Positions 1 through 17,022 of a DNA stretch of 25,737 nt are shown here, one piece after another. Within the stretch, counting starts at the first letter, position 1. Every line of letters starts with the position of its first letter. Source of the DNA: Catajapyx aquilonaris (lineage: Eukaryota). The stretch is from assembly GCA_000934665.2 (NCBI GenBank), contig KZ538008.1, forward strand, positions 248,001-273,737, given 5' to 3'. The position numbers were made by a program, and so were the translations under genes. Below the pieces are notes generated by a model. The model made no database searches. It was not told the origin of the DNA and saw only the letters and a program-made list of their open reading frames with translations.

Positions 1-319
1 TCCGCCGACGGCAACGATATTAATCTTCGCGGACCTCAGGGACTCCCTTGTGTACAGCATCACATAAATCTTGGTGCTTTATTTTCCCGCGGAAAACGGA
101 TTTCGTTGTGTTTTCATTTCTCATCCAGAAGATTCAATCCAAAGCTGTGAAATTTATATTCACTACTAGCTGTTCAACTTAATAGGCTTTTAATGAATAA
201 ATGTGGTGGACATAAGTTCTCCAGGATCTTCCTCAGCATGGGCTTACTGTGGAAAAATACAATCGGACGTTCTTCCCTGAAGTCACTTTCACCCACACTC
301 AAATAGGACAGCGCAATAA

Positions 320-400
320 CAGTAGTGAAGCCTGCCTAAAGCGGACCCTGAATATAGCGGAAACTTGTTACTGCGGAAACGATTCCGCTACATGCATGCG
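320..400. mobile_element. Degenerate pogo/Tigger-like MITE remnant (tentative)
   Basis: CAGTAGTGAAGCCTGCCTAAAGCGGA...TAGCGGAAAC...TTCCGCTA resembles the CAGT-terminated, GCGGAA-repeat ends of pogo-type MITEs. No clean second TIR or TSD found. Confidence 0.25.
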
Positions 401-1126
401 GTAAATGCATCTTCAGTTTGTCACGTATAAATTTGCAATTTCAATCATATTTGCTGCAATTTATTAACTGTACAGCATAGTTCAATTTAGGGGATATGAC
501 AATGCAAAGCGTAGCGGCATTATAGCCTATACTACTACACCATAAAGCTGATGTGCTGAGTGGCTTTAGGGATCACTGCGTTATAGAGTGCGCTCTTATT
601 ATGCAACATGCATATTACGGGGAAATCTGACTAACCGTAAGTTACTTGTAGTTTCGGTTTTAATGCGTAAAGTTAGACAAAGTCAAGCTACCTTTTGTCT
701 CGCATACTCAAGTTACGTAACTCTCATCGTAACTTTCTAAATTATGTCATTACTGTGCCGCGTATCATTCCTCAACTGAATGAGTACGGTACTAACATAA
801 ACACAGTCCTGAAAGTTACCAAAAGCAAACATATAGGACCGTGATTTTTTATGCGGAAATAAAAATAAAAAGTTTGGTAGATGGCTATATAGCACGCCTC
901 CATTAGCATGATTCTCATGGAATAACGATTAGTCAATTTGGATGGTCTCTTGTAAACAGGGTTAATGAAGTAAGCTCGTTTCATGTTACATTACTGTATA
1001 CTCGACTGAATTATTTGTCCGCCTGCAAGTTACATTTCCGGTGCTACATGGATGCAGTTGCATACTAACCAGGATAATACCCGGTTTAAAACCCATTTCT
1101 GGAATTCATTTTCTGTCCTCTTCCAG

Positions 1127-1859
1127 ATTGGACGAGAGCCTTGTGAAGCTGGGCCGCACCGGTCCGCCCCCGTACGCCCAGCCCGCCGCCCCTCATTCGC
1201 CCCTATCCTCCACCCCTGTCCCGTCCTCATCCCCGGAGCCCCAGACCCAAAAGGAGCCGACACCTGCCCCATCAACAACCTCCGTCACCACCTCGGCCAC
1301 CTCCGCAGACCGAACCACCCCTCCGACCTCGTGGCCCTCGGGAGAGCTGGCCACCGCCTCCACATCAACCCACAGCTCCACCGGGGCTGCCCCCAGCGCC
1401 AGCGCCGGAACAGCCACCCCGACCACCCTTCTTGCCCTGGGCCGCCGAGCCCTCTCACCGGCCGAGCAGCTGGCTCACCAACTGCTGAACGGACGCGCTT
1501 CGTACGCAGCCGGACGTGGTCTTCGGAAGCAGATGAGCTTGGACTGGCAGGAACAGAGGAGGACGGTCAAGCAGTGGAGCCTGGAACCTGCTATGATCTC
1601 CAGGTCGGCATGGAGCAGCCAGGATAGGAGCAGGGGCAGCCCTCTGCTGGGGAGGTCCAGAGGAGAAGACTCGGGGTTCAGGCTGCAAAGCAGCAGGAGT
1701 GTGTCCAGGGAGAGCGAGAGTCTCATCGGGGAGGTGGACGTGGAGGAGTCCCCCGAGGAGAGGAGGGTGGTCAACAGGGTAGAAGCCAGGGTTGAACCCA
1801 GGGCCGACTCCAGGGACGAACCGGATGTTCTGGAGGATCCCTCTGAGCATCTGGATTAA
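1127..1859 (+). CDS. Terminal coding exon of an unidentified gene; disordered P/S/T-rich then acidic C-terminal tail (about 243 aa)
   Basis: Strong acceptor ttctgtcctcttccag| at 1126. GC-rich open frame (LDESLVKLGRTGPPPY...EDPSEHLD) ends at TAA 1857-1859, with a sharp GC drop on both sides. Upstream exons not found in the window. Confidence 0.65.
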
Positions 1860-3279
1860 GAATTATATTGTGGGTGGGCCTAAGGGGAGCTCCGATTTGT
1901 ATGTGGGGTTAGCAATATTGGCGATACAATTCGACAAGTTACGGGTCATCCATAAGTAACGTCTTACCTTCGGCTCATTGAACCCTATGCCTTCACCAAA
2001 AAGCACGTCACGATGCTGTGAAGCATCCCCCATTAATTTATTTAAAGGGAGGAAGGGAGATTATAGTGGCCTGCAGAAGTACGTGGTTGAAGTCGAGATA
2101 GGTTGGTCAATTACCACTGCATTCCCATTACAATGTTTCATTAAGTATTTCAAGCACGACGTCACGCTTGACTGGATATCCCTTCCCCCAAGTCACGGTC
2201 CGTTGCGCTCGTATCGACCCCCTACCTTTCCCAAGTGATGTACAGTACTTTATGAACGACCCTTCAGGTGACACACGGATAACCGAACTAGGACTAAAAA
2301 GTGATGAAGTCATTCAAAAATTCGGCCAGGCCTCATCACTTATTATCCGTGCTTCACAATAGTCTTTTGGACTTCCACAGCAGTTTATCGGAAGAATGGA
2401 ATTCCAATTCGACGCTGTTCATGTTTCGCCGTAAAAGGAACCGCCTAATCAATATTGCACTGTATCTCCAATGTTGCCCCACAATGCAATACCCGCGCCT
2501 CTCGCATCCTTCCTTTGTGCCTGAATTCCACTTTGTGCCCCAAGAGAAGCATGTCCCACATCACCAGCTCCGTTTCTATTGGGACGCAATAGCAAGGATC
2601 AGGCACCAGGTAAGAACACGGAGGGATTCGGAAGCTTATCCGTTCGCAATTGGCTTATTGAAAATTCTCAGACGTCAGCTGAGAAGTTCAAATGTTTGCA
2701 CTTCTCACATGGATCTCAGGTCGGAAATATCACCTGGATCTGCTAAACCAAAAAGTAGATTTTGCTATGTGACGTCACCTATTGCGAAACGGTTAGGCTT
2801 GTAGCCAAAAAACTTCTTGGGCCCTCCCCCAATTATGCGACATGACCTTTCAACTGATTGCGGTAGGATTTCACGTAACATTTGTACATCTCGAAAGTGT
2901 GAAATTAATCGTTTTCTTCCTACTGTGCAGATGAGAACAGACTTAGTGCGTTTAAACACTCAAGTATGAACTCTCCGCTACGACTCACTCTTCTAAATGA
3001 GCTTTATCCATTGGCTGTGGACACTTCCATTCAAAACGCTCTCGAAGTGACGAGACAGCCACGACTGAAGTTTTATACTCGCCAATCAGGTCCCTTGTAA
3101 ATCTTCGCGCTAAGCACATTACACCCATATCACCCAGTGCAGAAACTAAACGGATTCAAAACAACGCCCATGTGCACTATATCCCATGCTTTTGTGTTAT
3201 CTCCAGCCAACAAATGGCCAGCTTCCCATTCATTTGTACAGCTTCCATCCTCCATTGTGTTTATATCCACACTGAGGCT

Positions 3280-3446
3280 GCTGTATCGAGTGGTTTTCAA
3301 ACTATGGTACTCTCGCACGTTTCACTATTTCTGCTCAACGTGTTGCACAAATAGATCAGACATGTAGTAAGCCCGGTATGACAAAATGGTGAAATAAAAC
3401 GCCCGTATTTGTAGTTGCTGGTTGGATTTGAAAACCACGATACAGC
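3280..3446. repeat. Small inverted-repeat element (MITE-like)
   Basis: GCTGTATCGAGTGGTTTTCAAA (3280-3301) is inverted as TTTGAAAACCACGATACAGC (3427-3446). No clear TSD. Confidence 0.5.
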
Positions 3447-4649
3447 CGTAGTACAGGGTATTTTTTTTGTTTCAATTTTGTAAAAAGAAAAATGTCAGTG
3501 AAGTTCGCCACCAACATATCGAACCATGACTAGTGCAGATCCTTTTTTTTCATGTCTGCCCAAAATGAAACGTTTCCCTTGCGACTATTCCTTGAAGCCG
3601 TCCGCTTTGTCTTTCCTACATCTGATTTCCGCACCTGCCCTTGCGTCTTTCTCTACGGTGAGCATGAGGCATGAGTGAATGATTGACTTACGTTCAATAG
3701 TGAGAAACCTGCTAATTCTTTCTGGAGTGTATAATTTGTACATTGTGCCAAAAATATTGGTGATGTAGTCATAGTTCCCAATTGCGACCTGTACCCGTGA
3801 TCAAAATTACTGGAATCTTCATATAGACTTAATATTAGTGTGGAGATGAAAAGAGGCGTTTAGTAGTTCTGTGTGACTGTGTGTACATCAGAATTGTCCT
3901 AAATGAGGGGACACCTTGTACAAAGAAAAATTGGTAGAATACTGCTCAGGTTTAGTTCCGAAAGGGTGTCATGACAGTTGATTTCGACGTCGGCAGTGAC
4001 GATGGTATGTGACACTGTTTCTACGATATAGTATTGTGAGCTTACTCTTTGTGTAAGAACAGAACGAGGTAATTTTATTCTTTCATTGTCATTCTTCGAG
4101 GAATCTTTCTTCCAGGACAACAATTGCTGACAATCACTCCGCTGTTTTTAGTATTAAACATGTACTATTCCGATGGTTGTTAACAATGCAAAACGGGGTT
4201 TGTAGCAAGCAGGCCTGGAAATATAACGCTGATAATTCCCACTTTCTTTCTTCGTGATTTTCAGGGCAAAGATCCATTACCGGGTGTCAACCTGCACTTT
4301 TTATCTTACCTGGTATACTCATCATTCATTCATTCATTTCATCACAATTCTCTATGAGTGGGGTGGCAGTCAGCTATGAATCAGGTGATGTTAATTAACT
4401 CGAGAATAAATAAATAAACTAAGTATAATTACAAACATACGTAGATGTAGCAGCACATGAAAGTTTCAGGATGCCTTTTGGGCTTAATCGCTGTTATTAT
4501 TTGGTTGTGTAAGATCAGTGAGCGGTGTATAGGTAGGTATACAGATCAGCGTGTGAGATAGACAGGTCAGACATATTGATAGACTTGTGCATACAATTTA
4601 ACCTCCCCAACATGACATGATACAAGCACCACTTCCTGGAGCCTAAATA

Positions 4650-6960
4650 TTTATTCAGCTTGGGACGATCATTTACCTACTCCTACTGGCTAGTTCAAAT
4701 TGCTCGGACTAGATTCACTATACTTCACTAAGTATATTAGGGTAAATTAGCCTTAGATTCTAGAAGCTACTCATTCTAGAGTTGACATGCAGGAAGAAGA
4801 GTATGGATAAATGAAAAAGAACCTACTGCTGATGATTGTTGCCATGTACATATCTACTGGGAATCTTCCTGATGCACAGTACATCCATTCAACCTGGTCA
4901 CCTGCCCATACTAGAATCTTCTTTGGCCATCTGTTACTGGAGAGGTGGATATGATGTCTTCTCCAACCTTTGTGACTCGCACCAAGCTGAGGTCAGTACA
5001 CATACTGATGTAGCCAACCAGTAACTGAAACTCTTTGGCAATGCTACCATACCAATAAATGGAATCTTCAGGTGTCACCTAAAGCATGTAATGCTGACTC
5101 TCACAGTGGGGTCAGGGTGGAAAAGATGCCCAGTAAACCTGTAAAGTGTCACAGTTTTAAGGGATTAATTTTGCTAGCTAAGCATAGCTTCTGTAATCAA
5201 TACTGCAGTCTTACTACATTACAATCCAGGACACGACATATTTGGTACCCTCTGCAACATAACAATGCAACAGTACATTATTTATTTTATCAACATGAAA
5301 CTGCATGTCTGTGACCACAGGATGTGAATAGTAGGTCGTAGGTGCATGCTGCAGTTCCTGATTCATTGACAGTTCCATTTTATTATTCTTTTGTGTTGTA
5401 TTGTTCAAAATTGTTGTTATCACAGTAACTCTGCATGCTTGTACACACGACACCCTACATGAAGCTTCTTGAAAAATACACGTAACTTACCTGATTTTGC
5501 AGGAACTTTCATAATAACGCATTTTTGAACACAAAAATATTCCCTCTGAACATTTATGCAGAAATGAGCAACTTGCATCAGCTTTACACCTTGGATGAGC
5601 AGATGTCACGGTAATTTTTTTCTGAGATCTGCAGGCTCAGGGTCAGGATAAACGAAACGCACAAAATCTGTATCCATATAACAACTGGCATGCTCATGCA
5701 CATGTGACTGCAGATAACATGTCCAAGGATTGCCTCTGAGCATATGCAGGAATGATCCACTTGAATTCATACATATACACAATTGAACTTTGAAGTCTAC
5801 CTATGTAGAGAAGCGTGTCATCCAATTCCAATAAGGAAGTAAAACTCCTATAGCAATGTTTGGGAGCATGACAGCATTCAAACTTACATGACACAACCCT
5901 TACTAAGGTCGCAAATTTGTGCAGTGGAAATGGGAGAACCAAAAAAAATAACACAGCACTTCTTCTTGATTTACTAATTACCGGTACTATGAATAAAATA
6001 TTATTTTGGCACAGGAACCATTTTAAACAAGTTCTGCATTTATTTCAACAAAAATATCACCAGAGAGCAGGAAGAAAACAACTCTTAATTTGCCCGGTAT
6101 TACATAATTAGGAATACCAAGGCTGAAGCATCCTAATTACTCAAGGGCAGCTCCTCAACAAAATAGCAGAGCTCGAAACAGGTTCTTAGCGGACAATTGG
6201 CATAGTCTGACATGTACATACACCAACTCATATCATATGACCTACAGGTCATGTAACCTTTGCATATTAAGGTACTGAATGTCTGAAAAACACTTCCAAA
6301 CAAATGTCGTTTTCTCCTAAATAATCTTGCATGTTATTGTTACACCCATTAGCAGTTGGTCAGAATGGTACATTTCACATGCATACCGTATACATTCAAT
6401 TTTTGTCTATGCGTCAGTGCGCCACCTGCATGTTGTTGTCGTTCTAGTTATTGCGTATATGTGCCTGTTGAGTGTTGACTGTGATGAGCATCTGCCAGGG
6501 CACATTTATTCTGCATTCAAATAATAGCCGGGCAGGCTCAGAATGACGAAAACACATGATTCATGGTCTGCCTCTATACGTATATACAATAACAAACTGG
6601 CACGCACACTTCACCACAGCTGACACATGATATTACCAGCATACCCCAGGCCCATCACTATTCATGATATGCACCAACACATCTCTGTATTTACACCGCC
6701 TCCTTTTCCCCCTCCCAACACAGCTGAAATATTGGCAATTACCCTTGGGCCGTCTTTTACCCCAGTTTGTGTCAATCTGTTGCCGCACGTGCATCCCCGA
6801 GTGGGTCGCAGGGTTATCCACTTGGCGATAAACCGTGTACCTTGAACCTGCACTTTCGCATGCTCACCCCGACTATCCTGCACGAAGGCATGATTCAGCC
6901 GAACCAAACCCAGTCGAGCGTGACTTGGACTCAATTCAGGCCAGAAACCCAGACGGAACT
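4650..6960 (-). ncRNA. Putative spliced divergent lncRNA (exons about 6960-6868 or 6841, 5628-5491, 5138 to about 4630)
   Basis: Minus-strand donors GGG|GTGAGC (6868) or AAG|GTACAC (6841), acceptor ...ctgacc..cctgcag| (5628), donor CAG|GTAAGT (5491), acceptor ctttacag| (5138), and AATAAA at 4655-4650. Starts next to a DRE cluster. Only 22-31 aa ATG-initiated ORFs from exon 1. Confidence 0.4.
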
Positions 6961-6990
6961 TTCAATCCAGCGGTTGACACCCACGATGAC

Positions 6991-7020
6991 TATCGATAAC
7001 TACCGATAACTTCTGATAAC
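6991..7020. promoter_or_regulatory. DRE (TATCGATA) cluster in a probable bidirectional promoter
   Basis: Perfect palindromic TATCGATA at 6991-6998, then two degenerate copies at 10-bp period (TACCGATAAC, TTCTGATAAC). Another TATCTGATA near 7181. Lies about 650 bp upstream of the ABCC start codon. Confidence 0.6.
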
Positions 7021-7544
7021 AGTCAGGGCTCAAGTAGCTAATATAGCAATTGCGCTGTTGTAATAATCCACTTGTAATTAAACAGATTGTGAAGCCCAGG
7101 AACGACCTTGAGTACTACCTACAATGTAAACAGCAAACCTGCAGCAAACAGGAACTACTGTTTACTCGGATTACTCATGCTATCTGATAATATAACAGTG
7201 TTGTTCGGCCGTCCTGTTTGTAGCTAATACATCGCCCCGATTCCATTGAACGTGCTGCATGCTCCATTTACGCCGGGCCTTTCCCAACAAAACCAGTTCG
7301 TGCCTTGGAACCTGTTGCATCTTTAGGAAGGGTAAGGGGCAGTCCGGCAGTGACGTAAGGCAGCCTTCTCGTGACCATCCTGTGTGGTGTGAGTAGATCA
7401 GTTTGAACTTGATAAGAGGTCGTTTTGTTTACATTCTTCGCTCCCCCTTCTACAGCAGGCAGGCCTTGAGTGGAGCTAGCAGCCAGTGAGACTTGTGGAC
7501 GGAAACGGGCAACGCACACAAAAAGAAGAGTGTAATCAGCCCCA

Positions 7545-7610
7545 ATGAGAGGCTGATTGGGAAAGAACAACAGTTATGTCGGGGTTGCTGGCTGAGGCCG
7601 CCTGATGTAA
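7545..7610 (+). promoter_or_regulatory. Three upstream ORFs in the ABCC 5' UTR
   Basis: ATG AGA GGC TGA (7545-7556); MSGLLAEAA* (7576-7605); ATG TAA start-stop (7605-7610). All lie in the exon beginning at the CAGCAG acceptor 7453-7458. Confidence 0.5.
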
Positions 7611-7646
7611 CCAGCTGGAGCAGCAGCCGGACAAGGAGTGCACACC

Positions 7647-14740
<7,094 letters not shown>

Positions 14741-14921
14741 AGTTGGGTTCACAGAATTAGAACATGATGTGTGATATTTGGAAAGAGCAGCTAATCATGT
14801 CCAGGCTGATTATTGTATTTTATTATTGTTGTGTTGCATAAGAATATGCATTATATGATTTAACTCTGGTTAAATAAAATAATTGTTTATAATGAAAGTG
14901 GTACTTACAATGTTATGCAGT

Positions 14922-15027
14922 TCAGTTCAGTGGGGCTTAACGTCGGCCTATTTCTGCCTCTAAGGCTCAACACGATGCCAGGGGGTGGTCCTCCTCCTGG
15001 AAATTTGGCCCAGTCTGGGGATCTTTA
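14922..15027 (-). mobile_element. 5'-truncated SINE/LINE 3' fragment with (ACTGA)n tail
   Basis: Flanked by a 16-bp direct repeat TACAATGTTATGCAGT (14906-14921, 15028-15043). Minus strand ends ...CGTTAAGCCCC-ACTGA-ACTGA, with a short microsatellite tail. Confidence 0.6.
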
Positions 15028-15039
15028 TACAATGTTATG

Positions 15040-15665
15040 CAGTAAAACTTTTATAAATCGAACTTCCCAAAGCCGAAGTTCTCGATAAGTCTAACGGTCT
15101 AAGAAAATGATGAGCTTGGTTGGTCACAATATAAAATAATAGAAAATAGACTTCCTAACTCGAATTTCTGTAACTCGAAGTGCAGGCAGGGCCTTACGAT
15201 TGAATATTAATGCATTTTCAGTCTCCCTAAGCCGAAGTTCATGTTGGCGAGTACGGAAAATTGTCTCATTTCTCAGCCAAATGGTCGAGAGTAGGCCACA
15301 TGTTCAGAGAGGCTCTTTCCTAATGGAATAGTGTCAAGTCTTCGTGTGTGGCTGGAATCACGACTAGACGTACTGAAGGAAGTGTTTGACGTGATTGTGA
15401 CAATTGAAGCCTTTATTAAGAGTGAGAGCCAATCTAAGAGTAGGCAAATCCATAACACTGTTTTTACAACAAAACAATGAGGAACATTGTAATGTGATAG
15501 TGACAGTTATTTTCAAGTTTGGAACACCTTTCGTCGCTGGATAAAGGTATTCGTCCTTATAGAGTTATGTACTTAAAAAATTCCAAAGTTCTCTAACTTG
15601 AATCTTCTATAACTCGGAAGTTTTTTCCTAGTCCCATGGAGATTCGACTTATAGAAGTTTTACTG
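15040..15665. mobile_element. Non-autonomous pogo/Tigger-like DNA transposon
   Basis: TIRs CAGTAAAACTTTTATAAATCGAA and TTCGACTTATAGAAGTTTTACTG followed by TA; internal repeated (T)AACTCGAA/CCGAAGTTC motifs. Confidence 0.75.
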
Positions 15666-16247
15666 TAATTTGAATTCAAAATGGGAGCTCATATGCCAAC
15701 ATGGATCAACCAGCTATTTGCCCTGATACATCTACAGAGTCGTGCCAACCATAATTTTACAGGATTAATCTTATAACGCTCTACCCTTTCAGTTCATTCT
15801 AACTTCCTTGAGGAACTAACAAGTAAGTGTACTCTAAAAACTTGAATCAAGAGTCAAGTTGATCTTTAGAGCAATGTTTTCGATGGAGCCAAAAAGGCTT
15901 GACCAAACACCAAAGGTCATCTGAGCAATTCGTGTTGTATGGTAGTGATTTTATTCAGAGTGTTGGAAATTGCATTGAAAGGAGAGGTTTGGCTTTAACT
16001 CACATTGTCAGTGGGGAAACAATGCATTATTAGAAAGTCCGGAAAGTCGTGACCATGCTCCTGGCTGTCTGCTGGCCTGTGAAGCATGCATTAGCTGAGG
16101 AAAATCAAGCTAACCTGATGCTTCCAGTGTCAGGGACCAACAAACTTTGAGCAGGTATTACAGCATTTTGCATCATTGATGGGACTGTTTTAACTTGCTT
16201 ATTAAATTAACATAACAATATTTGATTAACCAGAAGCTCAAGGGTGG

Positions 16248-16347
16248 AATTTTCGTCCCACTGCTAGTTACTGGTGCTAACTTAGCAGTACCATTGCTAA
16301 ACACTGGTACTGCTACGTTAGCAGTAACTAGCAGGGGGACGAAAATT
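16248..16347. repeat. 100-bp near-palindromic MITE-like element
   Basis: AATTTTCGTCCCACTGCTAGTTACTG ... CAGTAACTAGCAGGGGGACGAAAATT, plus an inner arm TAGCAGTACCA/TGGTACTGCTA. Confidence 0.65.
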
Positions 16348-16628
16348 GCATATATTGCTGCCTTATTTTGGAACGCCATGTGAGAGGGACTTCTGCAGAC
16401 TTTACTACATTGTTGGTATTTTTTCTGGTTATTTCAATTTTCTGCTATACATAATGTTCATAATTTATGAACACATGTGGAGAAAATTAATTTTCCATAT
16501 GTGTTTTCCATGCATCCTTTCCAGATATAGCCTACATTCACACATTACTTTTCCATTAATTTTCATATCCTCTTGCATAGAACTGTAAGATGCAAACACA
16601 TGTGCCGGCATGTGTGCTATTACTTCAA

Positions 16629-16700
16629 GCCTCTATAGCTCAGTGGCAGAGCACTGGTCTCGTAAACCAGGGGTCGGGAGTTCGAACCTCCCTGGAGGCA
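16629..16700 (+). tRNA. tRNA-Thr(CGT)
   Basis: 72-nt cloverleaf: acceptor GCCTCTA/TGGAGGC-A, D-arm GCTC-AGTGGCA-GAGC, anticodon arm CTGGT-CT-CGT-AA-ACCAG, T-arm GGGAG-TTCGAAC-CTCCC. TTTT terminator at about 16709-16712. Confidence 0.95.
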
Positions 16701-16819
16701 CGGTAGCATTTTGCCCACGGTTTTGCCTCATCCCCACCAAACAACACTGAAGCGCATTTGTCAAGTTACCAAATCCCATAATAACGGCCGGTTATAATCC
16801 CTAGTCGAAAAGTTCATGT

Positions 16820-16890
16820 TGGCGCCATTTTTTCTCCCTTCCTCCCACTCCCTGTGGACACATTTTTTCCCGATACCTTCTCGATACTAT
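16820..16890 (+). promoter_or_regulatory. Probable rhodanese promoter elements (YY1/Pho-like GCCATTTT; two CGATA DRE half-sites)
   Basis: GCGCCATTTT at 16822-16831, CCCGATA and CTCGATA at about 16869-16886, located 140-200 bp upstream of ATG 17023. Confidence 0.4.
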
Positions 16891-17022
16891 CTCCATGGAT
16901 ACAGAACAATTTCAGTAAACACTTGGGTGAAGCCGAAGAAGTCCAGGGGACGTTCTGTTCTCCCATAAAAATTATATAAAAAAAAGTATTTCCTCGGTGC
17001 AGACAGCTTCAGGAAAGCAAAG

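Noticed and set aside
595..995. Weak inverted similarity (GACTAACCGT / ACGATTAGTC; TGCAACATG / CATGTTACA)
   Set aside because: Too short and degenerate to call a MITE; no TSD.
1052..1850. Overlapping ORFs 1052-1627(+), 1455-1850(-), 1475-1774(-), 1193-1426(-), 1030-1278(-)
   Set aside because: Shadow frames of the GC-rich exon; only the frame ending at 1859 looks like a coherent terminal exon.
2301..2804. 167-aa ORF
   Set aside because: No recognisable motif or exon structure; probably 3' UTR or intergenic.
4240..4420. (ATTC)n and (AATA)n tract, possibly a decayed SINE
   Set aside because: No Pol III boxes or TSD recognisable.
6481..6623. Plus-strand box C (GTGATGA) with CTGA at 6620 as a C/D snoRNA
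   Set aside because: No terminal stem, no recognisable rRNA guide, and not within a plus-strand intron.
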